Assembly (NCBI RefSeq): GCF_009914755.1
Contig: NC_060931.1
Source of the DNA: the human T2T-CHM13v2.0 reference genome, Homo sapiens
Length of the DNA: 64,000 nucleotides
Direction: 5' to 3' (one strand)
Shown here: one piece after another, positions 46,941 through 59,682 of the stretch
Position numbering within the stretch: the first letter of the stretch is position 1
Layout: every line of letters begins with the position of its first letter
The notes under the pieces: generated by a model
Told to the model about the DNA's origin: nothing
What the model saw: the letters and a program-made list of their open reading frames with translations, nothing else
Database searches by the model: none
Program-made: the position numbers and the translations under genes

Positions 46941-48215
46941 GACGTCCCGCCCCGCCCTTCTGCCCACCAGCCTCTGCCAGGCTGCCTGTTCCGCTTCCCG
47001 CGACACTCGGGCCGGGCGCTGTCCCCGGCCAGCCCCGCTGGGCCCAGGGAGCCCGCGTTTTGCAAGATGCCCCTGAATGCCCGCTTTCCCCGGAGCCCCC
47101 TCCTCCAAACCCAGCCGGAGCCCTGCCTGGGCCCGGTGTCTCCTGGCTGGGGAGGAGGCGGCGGCGAAGCTGCTGCAGGGCAGAGTGCGAAATGGAAACC
47201 TCGGGAGGACAGTTTCCTCCCCTGGCAGGGAGTTGAGAACTAAATGCGAGATTCCCGGTAAGGGAATTCTAGGACAAAGCAAAATCAAGAATTCATCAAG
47301 GTTAAAAGTCGTTTCTTTTAATAAACTGCCCACCACCCATCCCCAAATAAAAAGAGGCCAAAGAGCTAACTAAAAGTAGTAAAAATGCCAGTTCTGGATT
47401 TTTTTTTTTAACACGTCTACAAGGACTAACCGAAAGGCCGGTTTGCCTCCACCCTGACGTCTGCTGGGTACTGGGCACCCGAGACTGAACCAGGGGACAC
47501 GTCCTCCTCTCCTCATCTAGATGGGGGTGTGACTCGGGGGAGCTCAGAATTCCCTGAGAAGAGGTCACGGGCACGTAGAATCAATTTTAACGTGGTTCCC
47601 CAAGCACGCCAAAGAAGATGCTGTTCTAGAAAGAAAGGGAAATTGATGAATGGCCACGTGACCAGGATGTCTTCCTTCCTTCCCTCTCCCCAAGGAAAAG
47701 AAAGTAACTGCATTGCAAAGGTAGAGCCCATGTTATAAATCGGACTCTCTGATGCCGGCCTGTAGTCACCAAGGAAAAAGAAGGGGACTGCATTTTAAAA
47801 AATATAAATATTTCTGAGAACTTGCCTAGTTATTTTTTCCCTCAGGTAACAAAGTATGTGTATCATCTTTATAATGGTTGCATCTGAAGTCTGACCTGGT
47901 GATACAGAAAAACATACATTTTTATGGGAAGATTCTTACCTGGAAAATTCTTCCCATCCACTCTTCTTAATTTACTTTCCTTCTCCCCATTTCCCCCTAT
48001 GGAAAGATAAATCATTGCTCCTTCCAACTGTTTTATCCTCAAGGATCTTTCTCTCCACTCTCCTTTCTCTTCCCTCTCCACACTTGTTTGTTTATCTGAC
48101 CATTCGCGGGTTTGCAGGGGCCTCTCCCCAGGCATTGTCTCCTCCAGCCCCCCACCCCCTCCTCGGTCAAGGCCCGGCGGCAGTGCTTGCTGGGGCTCGG
48201 AGTTTGTCCCCGCTC

Positions 48216-48321
48216 TGCTGCCTGTTCTGTTGTGTGCACTGGAATATTGATTTTTCAGTGTGTGTGCGCCGGCTCTGTAAAAATCAATATTTCAGTAGCT
48301 CGAGCACAGCGCAGGGCAGTG
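48216..48321 (+). other. Long imperfect inverted repeat / RNA hairpin candidate
   Basis: 48238-48258 pairs with 48275-48296 (21 bp, one G.U, one bulge); outer stem 48216-48230 pairs with 48306-48321. Confidence 0.8.
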
Positions 48322-49574
48322 TAATGGAGCCAGCCTGCTGATGTAACGTGCGGGGCCCACCCTCAGCGATTGAGGTCAGTCAGAAAATGGCAGTGTTTTC
48401 CCATTTCATTGTTTGCTTCGGAGAGAAGGAAAGAGTTTGCATACCGTTGTGTACATCAGATTCCAGGATGAGGTAACCTTACTACTGTTGGGTAGCAGAC
48501 GAACCAAGTTAGAAAAAAGACAACGAGGTGATGATGGAAAACCTCCGGTTATCCTTTGTAAGAACGGATCTTAATAAAATACTGGGGGAGGTGGGGAGTT
48601 ATTGTCTGCCATCAATCCTACCACATTTCACAATGATAAAATGAAAACAGGCTCACTCCAGGAAAGGGCCAGAGTTTATCTTTTAATACTGGATATGTGG
48701 GTGCTTATTATTCCGCAGCCCCTAAAATATGCTTCTGATTAAAAGGACAAGAGATGTTTCGCATGACTTGAGGGGAAAAATTAATAATGGTCCCAACTTG
48801 GGGGCTAGCCTCATGACATTTGCAGCAGATGTGGAAAGATAGCTGGCCTTGGAGTCAGGAAGGTGCGTTCTCACCAAGCACCCCTGTAAGGAGAGCTTTT
48901 AGTGAGTCAGTTCACCACTCTGGGCCTCAGGGAATTTACCTGTGATTTAAAGGATTAGACTAAATCACCTCTAAATACCTTCTTGCTCTAACACCTATGA
49001 GTCTACAGAAGAAATAGTGTTATAGCTAAAACCTTCAAAAACAAAAATACGATTGAGTGTGTACCATGGATAAGAAAAATAGCTTAATACCAAAGGTGTT
49101 ACAGAAAAAGAAGGCAGAGATGCTCCGACTTCCAGTTGCATGTTTTATTTTCCGTTATATTCCAATGCAGTCTTTCTTAGGGGTAACTTGACCTGGCGTT
49201 TCTAATTTTAAGAGTTTTTCCTAATGAAATAATTAATAGCACTAGAAAGATGTTTATCATTGCCAGTAGTACAATATTGAAACATTAGAAACAACGTATG
49301 TATTGAATAATAAGGGATTTATTATATAAAATATGGGGAGTGGTATATTTATTGAGTGGACTACAACTATTTAATATGGTGGTGCTGAATGACTATCAAA
49401 ATATTATGGAAGGTTTGCATTCATTGAGATGTATGTACTATTTAAATCTCTATGTGTCCATGTATGTTTATGTCATAATGGTAACAGATATGGGCTCTGA
49501 AGCCAGATGGCTTGAAACCACATCCTGTCTCTGCCACTGGCCAACTCTGTGGCCCTAGCAAGTTGTAAACTAGG

Positions 49575-50440
49575 TGTACCAGTTTCCTATTGCTGCTGTA
49601 AGAAATTCCCACAAACTTAGTGGCTTAAAATAACATGCATTTATTATCTTACGGTTCTGGTGGTCAGTCCAAAATAGGTTTTGCTGGGCCAAAATCAAGG
49701 TGTCAACAGGGCCATACTCTTCCAGAGACTCAAGGGAAGATTCTGTTTCCTTACCTCTTTTAGAGGCCTCTTGTGTTCCTTGGCTTTTGGCCCCTTCCTC
49801 TGTCTTAAAAGCACAGCACTCCATTCCCTGCTTTTGTCATCACATCTTCTCTCTAACTCTCATCCTCCTGCCTGCTTCTTTTAAAGATCCTTATGATTAC
49901 ATTGGGCCCACCTAGATAATCCAAGATAATCTCCCCTTCTCAAAAGTCTTAATCACATCTGTAAACTTCCTTTTGACATGTAAGGTAACACAGTCACACA
50001 TTCCAGGGATTGGAATGTGGATATTTTGGGGCCATTGTTCTGTCTACCATGTTGGGCTAAAGTCAAGGTGTCAGCAGGGGTGCATTCCTTTCTGGAGTAC
50101 CAAAAGGAGAAATCCATTTTTTGGTTTTTCAGTTTCTAAAGGTTTCCCGCATTCCTTGGCTCTGGCCTCCTCCTCCACCTTCAAAGCCAGCAAAGGCTGG
50201 TTGAATCATTCTCACATCGCATCACTCTCATGCCGCCTCTTGTGTCTCCCTCTTCCTTTCTGATTGCGTTGGGCCTACCTGGGTAATCTAGGATATTCTT
50301 GCTATTTCAGGATCAGCCAATTACCAACCTTAATTTTGTCTGCTATCTTAATTCTCCTTTGCCATGTAACATAACGCATTCACAGGTTCCTGGGATTAGT
50401 ATGTGGACATTTCAGGGAGGCTGTCATTCTGCCTGCCACA
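49575..50440 (-). mobile_element. Two head-to-tail MLT1C/D MaLR LTR copies (49575-50050 and partial 50050-50440) inside a MIR
   Basis: Repeated aaggtgtca(a/g)caggg, gggcc(c/t)acct, ataatc and gggatt(g/a)g..tgtgga motifs; MIR halves at ~49475-49570 and ~50440-50560. Confidence 0.8.
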
Positions 50441-51040
50441 CTGCCTATCACTGATGGTGATAATCTACATCATAGGGTTGTGCAGAAGATTAAAGCATCC
50501 ACACATGAAGAGTGTTTACAAAATGCCTAGCATTTTGTAAGAAGCACTCCATAATAACTAGCACAGAGTAAGCATTTCATAATAATGATCCGTTATAGTT
50601 ATTATCTAGAAAGGAAATACAAAACAGAGAATAGTTGCATCTGAAGGTGGGATTAAAACTGATTTTTATTTTCCTCATTTTGCTAATTTTTTTTCTTTTT
50701 CTACCATGAACGTGTATTATTACTTGGGTACTTTAAAAATTTTAAATATAAATGAGAAAAAACCATTAAAGGAGGTTGTCACATAGGAGAATAATTTAAT
50801 TTGGGGTTAGAAGGCCCAGGTGCTCACCTCAGCAATGGTACAAACACAAATTGTGATACTGGGCGAGTTACTTTACCTCCGTGCACTTCAGTTTTCCTCC
50901 TCAGTAACGTGAGAGAGATGAACTATGTATTTCAAATGGTCCTTCCAGTTCTAAATGCTCTGCACCTAACATGTTAAAAATCAACAGATTGATAAATGGA
51001 TTTTAAAAACCCATGCTGCTTAGTACATAAAGAATCCCAG

Positions 51041-51118
51041 CTGCTTTGCCTATGGAGTAGCCATTTTTTTATTCCTTTACTTTCTTAATAAACTTGCTTT
51101 CACTTAAAAAAAAAAAAA
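51041..51118 (+). mobile_element. MER41-type LTR R-region fragment with poly(A) tail
   Basis: CTGCTTTGCCTATGGAGTAGCCATT...TTCTTAATAAACTTGCTTTCACTT followed by A13; matches recalled MER41 R region up to the cleavage site. Confidence 0.75.
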
Positions 51119-51119
51119 G

Positions 51120-51820
51120 AACTCCACAAAATCAGTAAGAAAAAAGACAGCGCTATAGAAAAAAAAGAGTGGAAAAAGGCATAAACAAGCATTGCACAGA
51201 AAAAGAAAAGCAAATGGCAAATAAGCTTAGGTAAAGATGTTAAGCCTCATTAGAAACAAGGAAATGTAATTTAAGACTTCAGTGAGATATCATTTTATAC
51301 CCACTAGGTTGGCAAAAATTCACAAGCCTGACAACATCAATAGATGGAGATGATGTAAATCAGTGGCATTTGGGGTCTTTTCACACAACGGATTATTATA
51401 CAGCACTGAAAATGAATGAACTACAGCTCCTCACAAAGCTATGGATGAAGCTTGGAAACATAATGTTGAGCAAAAAAAAAAGAAGATGGAAAAAAGCAAG
51501 TCCCAGGAGACTAAGATATAACGATGCCATTTTTATAAAGCTCAAACACAGCCAAACAATATAATTTTAAGAAATTTATAAAGTGATAAAAAGCAAGAAA
51601 ATGATAAATAGAAAATTCGGGTTAGTGGTTGCTGGTAGGACGTGGAGGGAAGGAGGGTGAGAAGGCAGCCCAAAGGTGGATGCAATTGGCAATGTTCCTG
51701 TTCTTAAATTGGACATAACACTTAGGCTAGTAAGTGTTCAGTATATTATGTTTTGTGATTTGCATATGTGAGAGATATATATATTTTATATGTACCAAAT
51801 ATTAGATTTAAATTTTTTTT
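51120..51820 (+). mobile_element. Ancient L1ME/L1MC 3' fragment
   Basis: gtgagatatcattttatacccactaggttggcaaaaatt; aaaatgaatgaactacagct; aacataatgttgagcaaaa. Confidence 0.8.
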
Positions 51821-52724
51821 TAAGAATTCTGTTTAGGGGCTTCTGTATTCTAATCTAAGATGCTTTACTTCTTGGAGTTGAGGCTAATCACTAAGTTTCC
51901 CTTCAAACTCATAAAAGCCAACTCTTTATTGGCAATTTGCTATTTGTAATCCCTCTAGTTAAACAGACTTCATAACAGCCACCCACATCTGGGCTTGTGC
52001 AAAAAATGTTTTCAGTTTATGCTCCAAATGAGCCTCATTTTCTCTGAGAACTACACTGCACTCCCAGAGTTGGGGGGTATACCAGCAGGAGCAGTACCTC
52101 CAAAAGTCTCTTGGAGCGTGCCCTCTGTGTGCCTCCGGAGCCCTTCCTTCATCTTGCCTGCAGCTAGCCATTTGGGCAGCTTCTGCAGCTAGGGCTGAGC
52201 TATACAGTTCATAAATATCCCACTTAGCCCATGTGAAATTGTCTCTACTCTGATTGATTACAGTTTTGATTTTAATGCTGAAAAATCACATTCTGTGTGC
52301 TCCTGACTTGTCTTCTGTTGTTTTATAAGGTTTGTCCATCTGGCCAAGACATCATCTAGAGTGGCTTGGTCTCACAGTCCTGCAACAATCTGGCATTAGT
52401 GTTATTTTTGACTTTGATTCCATCTTTGATTCCATAGTCTCCCAAAGAATAAGCCAGTTTTGTTTGATGTAGTTTTCTACTTCCTTGACTCTAAACGCAG
52501 CATTTGGAAGTAATTATCAGAACTCACAGGTACTTTAAATATCATTGTTTCCACTGAAAGGACTGGCTTACATAGGGTTCACCAAATGAAGCGGATGCTT
52601 AGCACATGGAGGAGGGATGAAGGTGGTCTTAGGGCAGCAGTAATATTTGGCACCCAAACATTGCCGCTTACATCCACCTTTGGATGTTGGATGCTACAGA
52701 CACACATCAGTTGGGTTGAGTACC

Positions 52725-53032
<308 letters not shown>

Positions 53033-53849
53033 TGGAGTACCATTTTTTAAGACCTGCTACCTAAGGTGGAATGGCCCCCAGTCCTGTACACTTTGTGTGA
53101 GGTCTTCAGCTTTGGAGACATAGATTTAAAAAAAAAAAAAACTTTTTGTCATGAAAAATTGCCAAAAATATACCGAAGGATAAAGAATGCAGTATAAATA
53201 TATCCCACAAAAATAGATATAAAAATTACAGGAAAAGTATAAAGAAATCTGTCACCCACCACCAGTTTCAATAATTATTAACTCAGGACCATTTGTGTTT
53301 CATTTGTACTTCCCCCATGCTCCCCAGGATTATTTTGAAGCAAATCCTCAATATCGTGGGGTGTAAATGTTGTGAATGGATCTTCATGACAAGTATTCTC
53401 AAAGCTCCAGATAGGATATTAGGAATGGCAACACTGAGTAGGAGGCCTCTCTTTGCAACATTATTACATGCTATTCATTCTAATTAATTAAATAAATGAG
53501 AAGACCAAAGTTCTTTGCAGTTGAGACTCGCTTTAACTTCCCAGTAGAAGGTTTTCTTGGATAAACTTAACATATGGAAAATTACTGCAGGACTTTATAG
53601 TTGGGAAGAAGGGGAGCAATAGAACAATTTAACTTTTTAAAAGTTTATAATTCCTCAGTCTCACCATCAATGAAATATTGAGAGAGTCCATGAAATAACA
53701 TCAGTCTATTACAGTAGTCTTAACTGGTCTCTATGATCCATCCTACATAAATTGCTAGCATTATTTTCCTCTAGCTCACCTTTGCCCATTGTTTTAATAA
53801 ATGTGAGTGCCTATTATGTACAAAGCATCGTACTAAGCCCTGGAGATAA

Positions 53850-54385
<536 letters not shown>

Positions 54386-55455
54386 AGGAGATATCCATGA
54401 TATTCAAATAAGGTTTATAAACTTGAGGTAAAGCCCAGCATAGTAGATCAAATATGAAGGAAGAGAAAGAGAAACAAGAAAATTGGATAAACTTTATCCA
54501 ATAGTTGACAGTAGAATAGTGTTTCATAAAGGATTATTTCTTAGTGGGAGAGAAAGGGTTATTCTTTAGCCTTCTTCTACCAAGAAGTCAGGAAATTTTA
54601 AAAATTTGGGTAGGTGTCATGTTAGAGATGATGCCATCCATCAAAGGAAGAAGACAATCTGATGTTAATGTCACTCCTAAGGCAAGAGACCTGTCCACAT
54701 CTCCCCAGGCCCACATAAACCCTCTCACTGAGCTCATAGCTGGTTCCACGGAGAGTTAAGAGTCAAAGCTGAACCCCCAAGGGAGGCCATCATCTGTGCA
54801 GCTTAGCCAAAAGAAGGGAACTACTGCCCCAGACAGCCTAAGTCAAGAATGTAGCACGTTGACCAGCCACCCTCAAACTTCCAGAGAGGAGTCTACACGT
54901 GTAAGAATCACAGCTCAAGGAGACTGAGAATCTACAGTAGATTGAAGCCTAACTCAAAATCCTGCCCAGTGAGCTTGTCTTTAGTCAGTGTGTTTGTTTA
55001 GTTTAACTGAACGGGAGATTGTAAAAGACTGTTCCTGAAAGCAGCTTAGACCTATTTGTTTGTGGACTCTCCTGAAACGGACCTACTAATGGGAAAATAT
55101 TTTCCTAAAGATTCTTTTCCAAATAGAGTGCTTTAAACTAAATATTCAAAAGAGATCATTGTTTCCAAGCTAGAGGAAGTAAAGGAGCTGGGTTAGAGAT
55201 GTAAATCATATGGCTTTCAGTTTGCACACAAAAGGTGCTTGCTTCGAAGTCTGAAGGTAAGAATAAATTAAGTGCAAAACTTTCCACCTACATGAAAAAA
55301 ATATTCATCAACTGGCATTACTTGTATCTTAATTTACAAATAACTGGGGAATTCTGTTACAAATTCCAAGCTGTTTAATTTTTCTAACATCATATTCAGA
55401 AAAACTATAGCTTCTAACCTTTAAACTTAATAATCAATATTCATTTTACCCTCTA

Positions 55456-55821
<366 letters not shown>

Positions 55822-56569
55822 TTACAAGCCCCCTTGACAGCACCTTTTGAAGATAAGTCTACCAATACCAGCCCCCTCTAGCAAACCACACAACCACATG
55901 TACCAGCATCCTTAATCTCTCTAAAAATCTCAATTTGAGGTCCTGTGGAAATAACAGTACATTCCTGAGAATTGTTCATCTTTATTCCAGGTTCTGTTCT
56001 AATCTCAGATTTTTCTTTACAAGGGAAGAGAGATTTGGAAGATCGACTCTCAAAGCTGGAATGTCTGCAGGGCCCTCCCTCTGGCTGCTGGCAATCCTAC
56101 TAAACATGAGACCTCTGCCTAGCACCCCAGTTGCTTACTCTTGATCTCACTGCCTTTCCTCCTTTTCGTTCCTCCTGCCCTAACATGAGGCAGAGCCTGT
56201 GTCTCCTTCAGCCCCTCTTGCCAGGAGACATCAAAACCCTATGAACTCTTTAAGGAAGACATAGCGCCGTTCTCTGAAAGGAAAGGCCGGTTTCCAAGCT
56301 CTTAGTATGCTTATCCCTGGTTTTCAGTTCACTCTATTTCCTACTTGGTGCCTTCTTTCCTGCTCCAATCTCCATTGGGCTAAAGCGTGCAGACAAGTGC
56401 CATTTTCTTGGCCTTTATAGCTTCTCTGCCCACCCTCTTGTTTCTCTTCATTAGCAACAAAGCTTTTTCTTCATCTTTAGCAGTAAAATAATGATATAGC
56501 CACCATTTTGGGAACAGTGCCTGGAACTATATGGAATGACACACCGACCCCAGTGCTCAGAGCTCCCCA

Positions 56570-56745
56570 GCCCCCTCCCCTGCCTTCTTCCCATCTAACA
56601 TAGTATATGCTTACCGAATGCTTTTTTCTCCCCAAGACTGTAAGCTCCCTGAGGGCAGGAACTTTGTCTTTCACCCCTGTTGTCCCCAGACAGCAGCACA
56701 TACACATTGTAGGCATTCTATAAATAGTTGTTGAATGGATAAATG
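56570..56745 (+). mobile_element. L2a 3' end
   Basis: agactgtaagctccctgagggcagg...taaatagttgttgaatggataaatg. Confidence 0.75.
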
Positions 56746-58698
56746 TGCTTAGAGTGGAAGATGTAAACAAAGGGAGTGAAGACCAGACATGCATCAAATA
56801 ACTTGCCTAAGCCTTTGTCATGTAACCAATAATTGTTCTGTAAAGGGTTATGGAATTACCCAAGGGGTGTTAACACAGTCAATGACATCCTAATGCTGCC
56901 CTCTAGTAAAAAAATAAAACCTACTTTTGCTTTCAGATGTCCGTTGTAGCCTGACATTTATTGTGGGGATTTTTATTTTGTAAAGAAGCAATCTGTTAGG
57001 CACCTGTGTGAAACCTTCTTATTTAAAGCATATAAAATATTGAGTCATATCATCAAACTCAATGTTTTCCTTTCTTTATATTCCTCAGCCACCACCAACA
57101 TGATCTACTTCTTAATTTGATTATCTTTTTGGAGAAAAGTCACTTTCACCAAAAATCTATATCAGAAACACATATGCCTTTTTAAGCAGTATCCTTTTAA
57201 ATATAGACTACAAAATCATATGGTACTTTCAAAAATCTGAACGAGTCAGAAAGTGTGTTTCGCTAAAATAATGAAAGAAGAGGGAAAGGGAAGAGAATGG
57301 CTTATAAACTCATTTAATCTTCCAATAAGATTCGCCTTTAATAATTTTATTTCTTCATCTATCGTGAATGTCACAGTAAAGTATTTGATTTACTCAGGAT
57401 CAAGGAACCTCTTGTTAAATCAAAAGCTGATGAATGCATTCTCAACGCAATTCAGTTCAAGTTTGCCAAACGATAGTAGGGATAGCTCTGCTCTGGATTC
57501 AATTTTGCCTATTAAATATGAGTTGCATTATTGAAGTTGGTGCTGATCCTCGGGTTTATTTCTGCTCACTGACAGGTTTTGATTGCAACTCTCCATGACA
57601 TTGGCTCTCCAATCAGTGGAGAAAAAGCCTTTTGCATGATACAGAACCCCAGATGTTCCAGTGTTCTGCTCCTTCTGCCTGGAATTTGAACTTTCTTTTG
57701 AGTTACCAGGCAGCATTCAGTTGCTTTCCCCTTTATGCTTTCAACAAATCTCCCTCTGACACCTATCACAGAGTTTTGCAATCAATAATTTATACCCAGA
57801 ACTGTTGTTGGCCCATATGGCACCTTTGTGTAAATTACAAAAAGACACCCCTTCCTATGGGTGAGTCAGAGAAAGATGGGATAACACCAACTACCTATTT
57901 TTATGACGTTTAGGGAGAAAATTAGGGAAGGGGAGTACACTCATCTTCTTCCTTCCTCCCAGTCCCAGTCCTCCATCATGAAACAAGAGAGGGATTTGCC
58001 ACCCACAAATTTTTTCGCCGTTTAGTTCGATTGTGAAGATGGTTCCTGCTAACAATAATGAGAGTTGTCCTGTCAAGACCAAATCTCTTTCAGAATAAAT
58101 GGAACCAGGTCAACATTTTGTGCAAGGAAGATTTTTTTAGAGACAAGTCACATGATCTTCAAATGCACGCTTTGCAGGTTGTCAGCCATTCAATGATCTC
58201 TGACATTTTTAGAGATGGTCTCAGATTCTGGGTTTTCAATGAGAACAAGAGGAAAAATGCAGTGGTGCTTTTTTCTTGTGCCTGAGATCACTGCAACAAT
58301 AACCTTAATCATGTCTCCCTCTTGCATGCTTTTTTGGGTAGCAGGGAGAGAATCGAAGGGAGAGGGAAAAAAGGTGTGGGAAGGGCTGAGAGGTGGCTGC
58401 CACTGGGATCTCAGCAGTATCCGTCGGACACAATCAGGATGCAATGGAGCCTGAGGTGCTTTTCTCCCTGGCCTTGGCCACCAAGGGGATGGAGTACATA
58501 CTCTCTCTCTCAAGGGTCCTTCTCAGTAGGTTAATGGTGCCTCCCCATGAGACTGGAGCTACACAGACTCCTCCGCTCCTACTTTCTCAACCATGCTCTG
58601 AGCACTTTGATGGTAGTTACTGATGCGTATGGCTAGGAGTGCTCATTTCAGGAAGTCTTGGATTTTCAGCCTGAATGGACCCTAAAGATCATCTATTT

Positions 58699-59292
<594 letters not shown>

Positions 59293-59631
59293 GATCTATT
59301 TTAATCCTCATGTGTTATAGAGCAGGAAACCAAAGCCAAGAAGGTTAAGTGATCCGGCCAAGGTCACACACACAGTTACTGCCCGGTGGCAGAGCCAAGA
59401 CTAAAACTCTGGTAGCAAAATCATCTAACTTAGCTAATTATTAATAATAAACACTCTTCTTGCAAAATGCTGTGCTAGTACTGTGAACAGTGCATGCTGT
59501 TACAAAAACATAGTTTTTTTTAATGGTAGAAAGTTAAAGTCTTTCAAATTAGAATTAAATAGAATGTCATTCCCCAAATCCCCGTATACATATTTTCAGT
59601 TTCAAATTCCAGTGTCTAGAGGGCTAAGTCC

Positions 59632-59682
59632 ATATATATGTGTATATGTATATGTGTGTATGTGTGTGGATATGTATATATG
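59632..59682. repeat. (TATG/TG)n microsatellite
   Basis: Seen directly. Confidence 0.85.

Larger units (their letters stand above)
45290..47300. promoter_or_regulatory. CpG island (core ~45850-47250)
   Basis: Abrupt rise in GC and CpG density relative to CpG-depleted flanks; no repeats recognised inside. Confidence 0.95.

Noticed and set aside
45594-47373. Many long overlapping ORFs (up to 305 aa) on both strands
   Set aside because: Expected from stop-codon depletion in a GC-rich island; G/P/A/R-rich low-complexity translations with no recognisable domain
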